Origin: Trichosphaerium sp. ATCC 40318 | Lineage: Eukaryota > Protista > Tubulinea | Direction: 5' to 3' | Assembly (NCBI GenBank): GCA_038496445.1 | Contig: JALMLS010000361.1 | Coordinates: forward strand, 224,385-288,384 | DNA: 64,000 nt | In this document: positions 39,339-51,907 of the stretch, one piece after another | How positions within the stretch are numbered: the stretch's first letter is position 1 | Layout: the number at the start of each line of letters is the position of its first letter | The notes under the pieces: generated by a model | The model's input: the letters and a program-made list of their open reading frames with translations, nothing else | Told to the model about the DNA's origin: nothing | Databases searched by the model: none | Position numbers and translations under genes: made by a program

Positions 39339-42300
39339 TTACATTTTAAGTGCACCAATTTCTTTGGCGCTTACACTATGTGCTAGATTCTGTTTTACAT
39401 TTATATTTTCTGTGATGAGTGCTTGTGTATTAGTAACCGAAGGTAAATCGATGTCTGGCCTGATAGGTTTTAATAAGAGAAGAACAGAAATAGTTTTATA
39501 GTACCTAAAATGTGCTATAGTTGAAATTAACGAGCTGTTGTCACCTTGCTTCCACCAATATGGAATAGGAATTACTGTAATACCATAGTCATGACATTTC
39601 AGGACCTTGTCTGTATCTCTACTTTCTTGAGCACTCGCTGAACCAAAACTACTTGGATTGTCATGGTAATGATGTTCTCCTTGATATTCAAAACCTAGAT
39701 TTAGGCTTGGAACAAAGGCGTCTAAAGTAAACGTTGTAGCAACATCCCCTGTCATTCCTGGACTATATTCCTCAATGATGTCGCGTCCAGGAAGCACTTG
39801 GTGTAAACATGCTATCAGCCGTCGTTGGTCCGACAGTTTTTTCCGCTTAGAAAAGGCAGATGCTATTAGTTTGTGATTAGGATAAATCTGATGCAAGACA
39901 CCAGGCCAGTGTGGAATGAGACCGCCTGCACCAAGAGACTTTGTTCGTGTTAGAATATATGGGTGATATTTTAAACCGCACCGTTAGGTTTGCTTTAGAG
40001 ACTCTGTACCAGTCTGATATAGACCCAATCTTAAGCCTTGCTCTTGTACCGGCAAGAAATGCTTTTACGTTAGCTTTGTCAAGCCAGTATCCACGTTCAT
40101 GGGCTAATTGGTAATGTAAAAACAACGAAGGTGGCATGTTCTTAAAGGCTAAATTGTCTTACAATCGTTACGTGCGAACAAGTGCGAAGGCCAGTTTTCA
40201 AATGGATATAGTTCCTGTAGCATTGTGCGCATGCTGTTGTCAAAGTAGCTTGAGTAAAAATAAGCTATCAGCTTGAAGTATTCACCAGGCGTACACGAGC
40301 ATACTTCTACCACCATTATTCCTGAAGAAAGTGTGTTGAACTGTATGCCATTGCTTTGTACTTTGTATGTTGAACTCTTTTGCTTTCTAGACGAATGATT
40401 TGGAAAAAGGTCGGTAATTTAACACACGCACGTGTTTCATAAATGCCAATTGATTTTCTCTTTTTGTCCAGAATCCGTTGGGTACACGATCTAGAGGCAT
40501 TTAGAAGGTAATGATGCATTATTCTTACGTAGGTTCCATGGTTGCCATTTATGTTCAGGGTATACATTATTTAAAGGTTCATATAGAGACCCATTAAAGT
40601 GCCTAAAAAAGTGCTGGTTAGCATACATTTAGCTAATGGTTTTTTTCGCCGTACGCAATAAAATCTTTCACTTGGTCCCCCAGTGCATTGATATCTTCAT
40701 TGCTAACTTTATACCAGTCCGTGGGTTCGCGTATTTGCAAAGAGGATTCGATCTATATAACTCATGTGAACGATTAATATTGTGAAGAGTGTACTTTGTG
40801 TAAAAAGTCTTTTTGATTTTGGACCCTATCCCAACGTGATGGCTTCTGTGGAGCTACAAATTTGCCTATTTACAATTAACAATACAGCTTGATGACAAAA
40901 CCTACGTTTTGCTTTTGGAGACCAATCATGTACTGGATAGAAGTGCTCAAGCGTAGTTTGCCAAGATTTATCAAATTGTCTAGGTTTCTGTTACTATAAC
41001 ACTACAATGCTAACAGACTTGCCTTAACAATCCAAGACCACCCAAATTAGTTATATCTGATGAATCTACATAGTTCCAATCATCTATGATCTTTACACCA
41101 TAATGTTCAGCAGCCTTTTTAGTTTAGCGAAACCATAGTATGTTAAGTCACGTACATGTTGTAAAAATAGTTTCTGATTCGATTGTGTCCACCAATTTCT
41201 TGTCATGTGCCCTTGTAATACTACTAAGTACTCATTGATAACATGGATCTTACTGAATTTCCAAGGCAACCATATGTAATCAGGATAAATGTTCGTTAAT
41301 AACTTGGTAAAAGTTCCTTCTCCTAGTTTCCTGGCACACATGTTACTCGCTTATAACTGGTTTAGGATAACATACACTAGCCATGACTCGCCACCTAAAC
41401 TCACGAGGCTTTTGAAATTGACGTGGTACCAATGATGTAGTTCTTTTATATTGAGACTCTCTTCCACCTTTTGTTCCGTCAGCATCAATCAAAGAACACT
41501 CAAACTTACACTTCTTATAAAATCTATACGATTTTCTTCACGTGCAAAGAAGTTTTCTTGTACTTGTGCTAACATGATAAGTTAGCGGATGCTTTAATAT
41601 GGTGTATGCGCATACGAAACTTCCATCCACACCATTTGTATGAAGAGTAGAATGCTTCCAGAAGCCGTTTCATAGTGCCGTAAACGCTAGGATTTTTGTT
41701 TTGTTTGTTGTATGATTATTAAGCATGCAATACCTCCAAAGACCTCGTGCATATTTGTGAAACCTAACATCTTTCGCTCGCACTCGGTACCAATCACTGA
41801 CTTGCTTTATTTTAAACTCTCGTTCTAGCTATGTCAAAAATATACGTCAATTCTCTTTCACATTATCACGTGATGTTGCACCTCCAAGAACATGTCCATC
41901 TGATAGCTGCGACGCGCCCAGAAGTAGCCCGGCTTGTACTCTTCATTAATGTTAACCCACGCTACAAGTAATATAACGTACTGAATTTCCATGATTCCCA
42001 TTTATACTTTGGATACACACTTCGTAACGCAGGGTAAATGAATTTGTAGTGCCCTAGAAGGTTGCGACCACCTGATGTGCGTAGTGTCTCAGGTCTGACT
42101 GTGTACCAACTGCTTAGATCATTAAAGTGCAGACGGCGCTCAATCTAACCAATACGTTAGTACTGACAGGAAAAATGTAAGCCTATATTTCTAAACCTGT
42201 TTTATGATCCTGAACACCTCTGTGTTACTGAATCTGGCATCTTTGGTCGTTTTAGACCTGTTTGGAACATGTACTTTTGTGGGTTTGTTCTAAGCTGCGT

Positions 42301-42447
42301 TAATTCGCTTTTTTCGTGGTTGAATAGCGATATTTACGTTGTTGCGCCGTTTCTTTCGGTTCTTCGTTAATTTTGGCTTATGAGCGATCAAACGTATACG
42401 CGCTCTCATAAAATAGTATGTGTACGCCCAAAGTTACTTTGGGGCAT
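39339..42447 (-). CDS. W-rich repeat + Vsr/RAP-like nuclease protein (paralog 4, 7 repeats); start approximate
   Basis: Repeats e.g. IERRLHFNDLSSWYTV..GGRNLLGHY..VYPKYKWESWKF, PNGFWTKRENQLAFM; C-terminus IIEEY..LDAFVPSLNLGFEYQGEHHYHD..RDTDKVLKCHDYGITVIPIPYWW. Confidence 0.82.
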
Positions 42448-42657
42448 TTTTTTAGACACCCAGTGATGTATTGTACGTAACGACTACGTTGTTGGCTTAA
42501 GTTGCTTACAATGCTCGCAATACTTACAACACAGTGCCGGCGTACTTGAGTAAGAACGTATTGCAAAACTAGGGACACAGTTCTGTGGCACGTGTTGACG
42601 TTCTAGGGTCAATTTTATTCGCCTGTTACGCCTTCAAAGTAGCGCCAGTAACGCTCT

Positions 42658-45600
42658 ATGGAGCTTACTACCACGAAATCTGTCGTTTATGACCTCGACG
42701 TTACTATTTTACAAGCGCGAAAGCTAAAGGTACTTTATCTACGTATTCCGCGCGTTGACAATATTTTAGGGTTCAAAAACTGGTATGTAACCATTTTATT
42801 GTACAAGGGACCTAAAACTCTTTCCAGGCGCCGTCAGCGCTTACGTTAAGGTTTACAAGGAATCTGACGACGAAAAGCGACACAAAGTGTTCAAAACTCA
42901 AGTACATAAATTAGTAATGAGTGTAAACGCTAATAATACCAATGTAGGTTCTAAAAAATACATTAAACCCAAGGTGGAGAAAACTGTGCCCAATGTACGC
43001 CACAAAAAAGTTAAAATGACATGAACGCTGACTATCACAGACCCGCAAAGAAGGGCGATATTATTACATTTGAGGTTTATGATTATGGAACCCGCAACGC
43101 GTTTTTAGGGTAAATCACCGAAAGACTTGTGAATTTGACTAACACCCACAAACAGGCACTTTGTCTACAAAGTTAATCTGCCGCACAATGATTTGAGTTG
43201 GCATAAGCTATCTAAGAGAAAAGGAAAACCCAAGGATGGGCCAGGAGACTTATATTTAGGCACATTTTTTGTTCACATACTTCAACACACGTTTTTTTTT
43301 CGCTTTCAAATAATGACACGTGCTCAGATTTTTCATTCAATTCAGATCAAATAGACATTCCCAAGAAAAACAAAAAGACTAAACAGCGCAAAGGTGGAAA
43401 TGTTACCCGTGAGGCGCTTGTAAAGAAGGCGAGGCAACGGAAAGCCGCAAACAGAAAGGTATGGTTCAGTTGAATTCATTGAGCTGACCTGAAAAGCAAT
43501 TCTCTTTGCATGATAGATACCCTGAAGCATTCACTGAGGCTAAAAAGACACCTTCTCCCAAGAAGAAACAAGGCGGCAAAGGAGAGAAAGAGAGGTTGTT
43601 TACAACAGAAAAAGAAGAAGACTCTTCAAGTGATAGCCTAATAATCAAGAAACCAAAAGCACCACTAAAGACAATACATTTGGCACCTCCAAAAGCACCT
43701 GCAGCGAAGGTTCCTAAAATGCCTTGTACGTTTTCTTGATGAAAGATACAGTCATTTACAAATGGGTATTTTTAGTAACACCCACGTGGTATTGGGAGAA
43801 TGGCAAAGATTGGGAGCCATACGATCCTATTGCTAATTTGGCGTTGGAAAAAGGTTGGATAGCAAGAAACACTGGTCAAGAAGTTACGTTAACACATGGG
43901 TTCTTTTCGAAGGTGAAAGGTACATTGGATACAGAAGAAACAAAGCTCAGCAATTTTAAGGTGGTTATGTCATCAATTTTCAAAAGATGCATCAAACTAA
44001 TATGGCAACAAAATTTAAGCGTAATGTAAAACGTGTTGCGAAAGATAGGTACTACCATTGGCTGCACATTGATCTATTGAATCACTCAAGTAATTTAGTA
44101 CCAAATCGGCGTCAGGAATAAAGATGATAGATGTCCGAATGCTACGAGTACAAAGCCATTAAAGAAATAACCTCAATTCACCGATCTTTATAGGTTGCAC
44201 AGCTTGTAAAGAATGATACAGACAAAAGAAAACCAGTCCTTGCAAATTTATTAATGGAAGAAGATGGTGTCACGTGGGATGAAGCAAGCAAGCCTGATAA
44301 TTATAATGGAAAAGAAGAGGAATCAGACGAAGGTACTTGATTATTGGTGCATAGCTTCCATTGCTAAAAGAATATGCAGACGTAGAAATAGAGGAAGAAG
44401 ATATGCAAGACAAAAAAGATAAGTCATGGCTTCTAGCTTCTTCAGACAAGTTTGAAATTCGTGTACGAGAGACTACTTATTACATAGATTAACGTCATTT
44501 TAAAAGGAGCCAACCGATTTTGCCACAAACGATGATTTACTCAAAGTTGAAATGGGGCAGGTGATTCAAGGTGGAAACATTGGTGCTGTATGCTCTCTAT
44601 ATGGTTTGTTTCCGTTTTGTTTATAATGTTGTAGAGCACTAAAGCAAATGGTCAATTAATAGTTTGGATTGCTATACGCATGTCATCTCTCTCAATGCAA
44701 GATGCTAGTTCACGTGGTATAGATAAAACAAAACGTCTCGTTTGCAAGTTAGTGTTTCCTACATCTAGGTACATGGCCCAGGTAACAACTGTTTTTCTGC
44801 TACTATATTTACTGACACCAACATAGAGTCCTGCATCAGCTGCTGGCGGTATAGAGATTGGTCAATCAAAGAAAGTCAACTTTAGGAATGTGACTACGTC
44901 TAAAGAAATTGCTGATTGGAGTAAACCTGGTATTTGGTGGACGCTCGAGAAATTACTAGCTCGATTTCTAAGGCGGTGGTGGTCTGAATTCACAATATCT
45001 GCGCAGGATGCTTGTGGTAAAATTATGAAAGCAAAGAGTTTTGATAAAACAATACAAAATATCCGAACTTTCCTGGGTATGACAAAAAAAGAAGATGGTA
45101 TAATATTGGCTGCTCTTGAAAAATGTCACTACAGTGAAGAAGATGCTACAAACTTACTCCTACATCCACCTTCAAAGAAAAAATTACAACCCAAAACAAA
45201 CGTACTACTGCAAATTGAATAGCAGGCGATACTAAATCTAGAACTAGGCTGTGAAGAGCGCTGTATCATCCGAAAACAACTTCCTTCTGAAACTTGTAAA
45301 AGAGCTACATAGTTCAGTTAATAATTGTACAAAATACTGTCTGACATGCTTTTCACCTCACCCTCTTGAACTGCTGAAGCCTACAGTTTGTCACAAGGAT
45401 CTTTGCAATTTCCAGTACGTCATTGGTATATGTGAATTATTAAATAAACTCGCGTAGGTTTATATCCCTTGGGCTAGGCGCTTCAATAACTACTGAAATA
45501 TTAAATAATCCTGTGGCCGTAGATCTACTCATTTGCTGTACATGGGCCTCCGCTAAGGTACGTTAACTTATGCTCTTTTAAAAATAACATTTCATAGACC

Positions 45601-46773
45601 AAGCGATTCGATCCATACCCATCATCAGTGCAACGTGACATTGGTGGGTTAACATTATCATTTCAAAAACAAGATGAAGTTGCACGTGCAAATACCTTAT
45701 TAATTTTATCCCTTACACTACCTCTAGGTTTCTTGTTTAGATCAAATACCGAGTGTATATACTTTACAAGACTGGGCAAGAAAAGGAGAGCTTAGACAAA
45801 AGCTAGAGGTACCTAATTAATGATTTATGCCTGCTAAATCTTCAAAGGCATCCCATCCACTAGCGTTTCTGTTGTTGAGGTGGATTGTGGCAACAAACAG
45901 AGGACATCTTGCTGCAATAGATAACCCTAGTGAAGTGAGCAGATAATATCCGTTTACATTTGATCTAATTGCTTACTAGCGCGTGCAAGGGATTGGTGCT
46001 ACACATCAATTTATTATAAAGTCAACGCCACCTGAAAAGGAAAAGAAATTTCACGATCTTACTAAACAAAATAACAAACAAGGGTCCTTCTGGGCGTATC
46101 ACGGTTCCGCTTTTGGTACAATACACGGTGAGAATGTCCGTGCATAACAGTCCATTTAGGAAACTGGCACTCTATTCTGCGAAATGGCTTAAAAAATTAC
46201 AGTACAGTGAACCTTGTCCTCTTAGTATGTTGACCTTTTCACAGGTAATACCAAAAACATGACAGCAGGAGCTGTGTACGGACCAGGAATTTATCTGGGT
46301 GCAGACGCGCAAACATCATTTTCGTACACAGGAAGAGCACCAGTTTGGAAAAACTCTCGTTTGGGTAGCAACCTGGCATTGATGGCTGTTTGTGAGATGT
46401 ACGCTGAATGTCAAAAGCTCTTTGTTTACTGGTATTGTAGCATTGATTATGGTAAAGATAGCAACACGTGCATTGGCACCATACACAGGCACCATACAAT
46501 TTATATTGTGCGAGAGCACTAACACACTATAGACCGCGATGTCAGCATAGTCCTAAATCACCCCACATTCGTTGTGAAGCCAACGACTTTTGTGTGACAC
46601 GTTATGTATCCAACTCTGTTTTTTTTTTTACTTTGTATTAAAATCCCTTAACTGTCAAGTTGTTACTGTTTGATAATAACACAAAACCAAACAATATTAA
46701 AGCATCTCAACTAAAGATACCGAGAACGATGCTAAAGAGTAATTTCCATAATGTAACGCGTCCGTTACGGTAA
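42658..46773 (+). CDS. C2 + WWE + PARP6/8-like mono-ADP-ribosyltransferase
   Basis: C2 (LDVTILQARKL, VLKNTLNPRW, FEVYDY..FLG); WWE (WYWENGKDWEPYD..YVINFQKMHQTN); Cys cluster CLTC..KPTVCHKDLC; catalytic AYHGS..NWHSILRNGL, GAVYGPGIYL, MAVCE, VTRY. Confidence 0.85.
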
Positions 46774-46815
46774 ATAAAAAACTGAATAAGAAAAAACCAA
46801 GAAGCGCTTGTAAAA

Positions 46816-49406
46816 TTAAAGATCCCATTTATCAATGATGTACTCTTCAATTTTACCCAAAAATCTGTCACCTTCGTCCTTAGTCGCTTTCGTAGTTATG
46901 CGCGATTGCAAAGAAGTTTTGAGCTTGCTCAGTTTGGAGATCGGCACCTTGTTGTCCTTTGGATCAGTATTACCTTCATTAACTTGCTCTGTGACATCTG
47001 CCTTCTTCGCACTGTATCTCCACAGTGAATCAAAAATGGTTCGCGTTGGATAGTCTACATAAGAATCCAGTAACTCAAACTAACACGTGTAAGCAACAAA
47101 GGTGGTAATCACTTCAGCTAGCGTACTGCAGTTTTTTCTGTGTCACCGCCTATGCTATCACTCTGTACAATTTCGTGATTGACATACATTGGTCTACCCT
47201 ATCAGAGCTAGTTAGCATCCAAATACAAAAAGAAAGGTAAGTTGTGTAATGTGCATACCGCCATGCCAGAGGTTTGCGAGTGGCGCACATAAAACCAGTT
47301 TATTATGGACACTGGAGTTGGCATGCGTACATCATACGATCCTAAAATGTGTCAGTGAGTGATAATCAAATTATAAAGGCTATGTTACATACCAACAATT
47401 ACACCAACAAACGGATCTTTATCATGTTCTTTGTCTCGGAATAAAATTTGATAGTTCGCTTGGTTTTCAATATCAAGTAAAGAAGGGTCTAATAAAAAAA
47501 TATGTCAACCAATGATTTGTTGTATCATCCGCGTGCCTGGTTGGAAGACAGGATGGCTATGATACCAACCAACAACCTTTAAATTTTGTTGTTTTATTTT
47601 CTCCCGGATGCCAATCTCTGAAGCTGGATCCATTTCCACGTTGATATTGTCACTGCCTGTCTCCAAGCTCATACAAGGGAAGGCTTTAATAATCTCTAAT
47701 ACCATATTCTTAGGATCCCAGCGTCCCGCCAGAAATCCAATAATTTCAACACTGATGTACGATAAATACTAAATTAAATGGAAAGTATATGGAGTACCGA
47801 GCCAAATGGGCGTGTAAATCAGCAATCAATAATGCATTTGAGTGGCAAATAACTTTGAACGGCTGGGTATACTCGCCACCGAAACGATCACAGGCTACCA
47901 TTGTATGTGGGTCCTTAACATTAGATGATAAACAATACAATTATTTTACCAAGCAAAACGTACCACATTTGCGCCTAAAGCACTCCATTTTACCGAAGCC
48001 TTCTCTCGAAGTCGATCCTTGTATATGTCGTCTTTTCCGTATAATACCTGACCAACGTTGACGCCATAGTCGCTTTCACGGAAAGGCGCCTTTACTTTTT
48101 TGGTACTTGATTTCCTTCAATACGTGAGCATGTAAATTGCTTCTTGTAACAATGCGCACTTTTTTTTCTTTCCAGAACCTGAAGACGCTTTTTCACTTCT
48201 CTTCTTCTTTCGTGCAGCCTCGTATTTCTTGACAGCTTTAGCAGGCACCAAATGTGAGTACTTTCCTGTTGGATATAAGTCAATTGTGACTTACACTTAA
48301 TTTTGTACCTGTCAAGTATTTACGCGCTGTGGTGGAACCAGGGTCTAGGGGCTTTCCTGACAAAGTATGACCTTGGCCAGATTCAGCAACCTTAATAAGG
48401 TCAGAGCTTGGACATAAACCTAATCACATTTTCTATACCTTTGCTGGTAGCGGCTTTCCTTCACGATATAGTTTTATAAAGTGTTTTTGAGCGTGACTTC
48501 TGTAAGGGTAGGTAAGCTAATAGGTTCAAAGAACAGCGAACTCACCTAATTGAATCTTTGTCACGTGTTCTTAAATGGTTTTGAACTCCTGTCCAATCCC
48601 TTGGACAACAGATGAGCAAAACAAAATTCTACATCACAAACGAATACTTACCGACCGTGCAATTCTAGAGCTTCTAGAAATAGTCGCTCTTCTTCGTCGC
48701 TGTACTTACCGCTTTTTTAAATTGATTAGCAAGGATTAAAAATCAACTTGTTGACTTACTACTGGAAGTGCATGAGCGACAGTCCCTAGTTGATTGTAAG
48801 TAATAAATTTAAAACATCGGCTACTTACTTCTTGATTGCCATTATCCCCTGTTTTTCCTTTTTTGGTTGGATTTTCATCGCCACCCTCGCCAGCGCGCTT
48901 GCGCTTTCGATACGGGCCTCTTTTTTTTACTGGAAAGCAAGTCAAAACGGCACGTGATCAGAGGTTGAGCATACCTTGCCCTGTTACTTCTCGTAGCTGC
49001 CTCTTTATTTTCTCTGGCATGTAGTCATCATCTAGATCTTCCTCATTCACTGTTGGCTTATCTTCTACTGCCTCCAGCTCCAGAGTAAACGAAATGCAAC
49101 AAAAAAAAAAAGAGAAAAAAAAAGAAAATGGCGAAACGTTGAATGGTTAGCGTACTGTGTTGTTATCGTATTGAGCGTCATAATACGGATTGTTGTTAAG
49201 CTGATCTTCCATCAACATTGCCTGTGTTAATTTAGAAATCAGCCTCTTCATTGTCATTTCTTTATTTAAATTTACCTGTATCAACGCTGCGGTTTCTGCG
49301 TCGGTTTGCTCTAGGGCCTTCACTAGTGTACTGTTTAGGATTTATCAGTCAAGATTTAAATAATTTTTTTTACCAATAGAATTAAAAAATCCTCATTATA
49401 ATTCAT
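46816..49406 (-). CDS. MYSM1-like Myb/SANT + JAMM/MPN deubiquitinase; start approximate
   Basis: YSDEEERLFLEALELHG..RSHAQKHF (Myb); DLHAHL..EIIGFLAG, VEMDPASE, VVGWYHSHPVFQP..PSLLDIENQ (JAMM). Confidence 0.85.
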
Positions 49407-50096
49407 GATAATTTGGCTCTCACACTCAAGCAGTAAAATTTTGGCGTTTTAGTTTTTTTTGGTACGTCTGATTTTCTAGCACATTTGCAAAATGGAAAGT
49501 TTTGTACGTTATGCTATCACATAAGTGTTGTTATACGCAATGGGGGTTGTGAAAGACGTATTACTACGCATAACGGCCAAAATTAAAAAATTGGTGTCAA
49601 ACAAGCTGCTTTAGAGCGTACGGTTTTGTTTGGTGGCCGTGTCAATGTCGTCACTCCCTGGAGTTTGCTACAAGACATTTATGAGACGTTTGAGCGATGT
49701 TGAATGAAGATTTTTCCAGACGGCATAAACACTATTTCCAGACGGTAATTGTACCTTTTTAGCTCTCCTACGGCTCCTTGAGGCCATTTTGGTAGCGTTT
49801 GCCAATTTTTAAAAGTTCATTCACTTCCGTTTTTTTTTTTTGATTTTGGCGCGTCACCTGTACGCTCAAAAAGCAATGGATACACGTCCTGTTGCTAAAG
49901 CACTTTACAAGCAACCCTCTGTTTCAGAACGGCTCGCTGTTTGATTTTGTTTTGACTGGCGTCAGTTTTTGGGTGCCAAAGTCATGATTTTGACGATAAC
50001 TTTATTTGTCCGTGCATCTTAGTGAGCTTACAGGCGACAAAAAGCCATAAAACAGAACATACTAAGAAAAATGCAATAAAAGAACGGAAAAAACCC

Positions 50097-51694
50097 ATGT
50101 CTAGTGAAGCTGAGATAGATGTAGATTGGTCCAATTTAGATCTACCTAAGTTCTACACTCGCACGTCGTTGGGTTTAATGGCGGTGCGGGGTGTCGCTTT
50201 CCCTTTCTTTCTCGTTAAGACACGCTTGCAAGCAGCAGAGGTACGATTACCTCACTTTCTACGCATAGAACGCCGTACTTAGTGCCAAGCTGTTTGAGCA
50301 TTTCAAAAAAAAAAAAAAAAGCGTAAACCAAATACCAACTGAGTCATAGGCGAACCGGTACGCTTCTACATCGGACGCTTTCCGACAAATATGGCGTAAG
50401 GATGGCATCAGGGGTAAGTTTGTTTCGTACACGTATAATTATAAATTTATCCTGCTTTTCCGCACACTACTACTAACACTACGCTACAATAGCGCTATTT
50501 TGAGCGTTGTCACTACAAATTGGCGACTTACTTTGTTTTTAGGTTTCTACCGCGGCTTTATAACAAGCGCCGCTGGCGTATTACCCGCACAAGCGACGTA
50601 CATCACCACGTACGAAATTATGAAATCAACAATTCGGTACAATTGGCAATCGGGTATTTGTTTCTTCAGAAAATTTGTTTCGTGGTTTTACTTATAATCG
50701 TTGTAGATGACCCAAATAAATCCATCGCGCTTAGACTGTTCGCCACCAGTACGTCTCACATGTTTTTTTTTTCTTTCATAGGGCAATTTGGGCATAGCCC
50801 GGTCACCAAGTCTCTGAAAAAGGTGTCAAACTCAACAAAATAATGCGTGCACTACTGATGTATCTTTGTCTAGATTTCCTTGCTGGTGGTGTTGCTAGCA
50901 TAGCATCAGCTTGTGTCTGTAAGTGCTTGAACATTTGATTTTGTTGCAATGTGTCACCCAGTGAAAACTAATGTTTATTATAGCTGTACCTGTAGACGTT
51001 ATTTCACAACGGTTGATGATGCAAGATTCCAAAGGTGGTTCGAGCAAGTATTCTGGTGGTTTGGGTACTTATTTTTTATTTGTGATGATTTAGCCCTTTC
51101 TAATAATTGGTGTTAAAGATGCTCTATTTAAAATAATAAAACAAGACGGTGTCACTGGTTTGTGGAGAGGCTTGGGCGTATCGACCGTTGTATATCCTGC
51201 AACTAGCGCAACGTGGTGGGGTTCCTTCGGCTTCATTAAAGGTCACCTGTTTCCGTACTTCAGCGGCACGTCATTAACAGAAAAAGCGTGTGTTCGCATA
51301 AGTGCTTACTAACGTATAGGAAACGATTTCACAGAAGTCTTATGCTCTAGTATATGTGGCGGACTAGCTGCTGCGTTTGCTGGATTACTAACCAATCCGT
51401 TGGATATGGCAAAAACGCGTATACAGGTGAGGTTACTTTTTTTTATTATTATGATTTTTCCTTTCAATAAGCACGTTTTTGTGCTCACTGCTCCACTTTG
51501 TCCAGACTCAACTTAGAGACGGCTCCTCCAAACCTTTGACAGTATCCGCTGCAATCAAACAAGTGTATAAACAAGAGGGCCTTTTAAGATTGTGGACGAA
51601 GGGCTATCCTGCAAGACTTCTTGCAATGTGTCCAATGTCAATGGGAATGGTGTCTGCTTATGAATATGTACGCACTATTTCAACAGAGATGTAG
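50097..51694 (+). CDS. Mitochondrial carrier, SLC25A44-like
   Basis: DVDWSNLDLPKFY, FPFFLVKTRLQ, GFYRGF, VPVDVISQRLMMQ, TNPLDMAKTRIQ: three PxD/ExxK/R carrier repeats. Confidence 0.88.
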
Positions 51695-51907
51695 AGCTGC
51701 ATGATTACTAATTGATGTTTTTGTTCAGATGAAAAAGTCGAGTAGGATTAATGTAGACTGATGCAAAGAAAATGAAGTGTAGTTGGACATTACCAACAAA
51801 ACAAATTTTTTTTGTTTAAAGATGGTTTACTTTTCATAGCAAACAAATAACAAACGGCGATGGAGTGAGCAAGAACAGGTGAATAAATTAAAACATTGTA
51901 CATGTAA

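Noticed and set aside
49710-49750. 11-bp direct repeat tttccagacgg in the divergent promoter between the MYSM1-like and carrier genes
   Set aside because: Only two copies; could be a factor-binding site but there is no further support.
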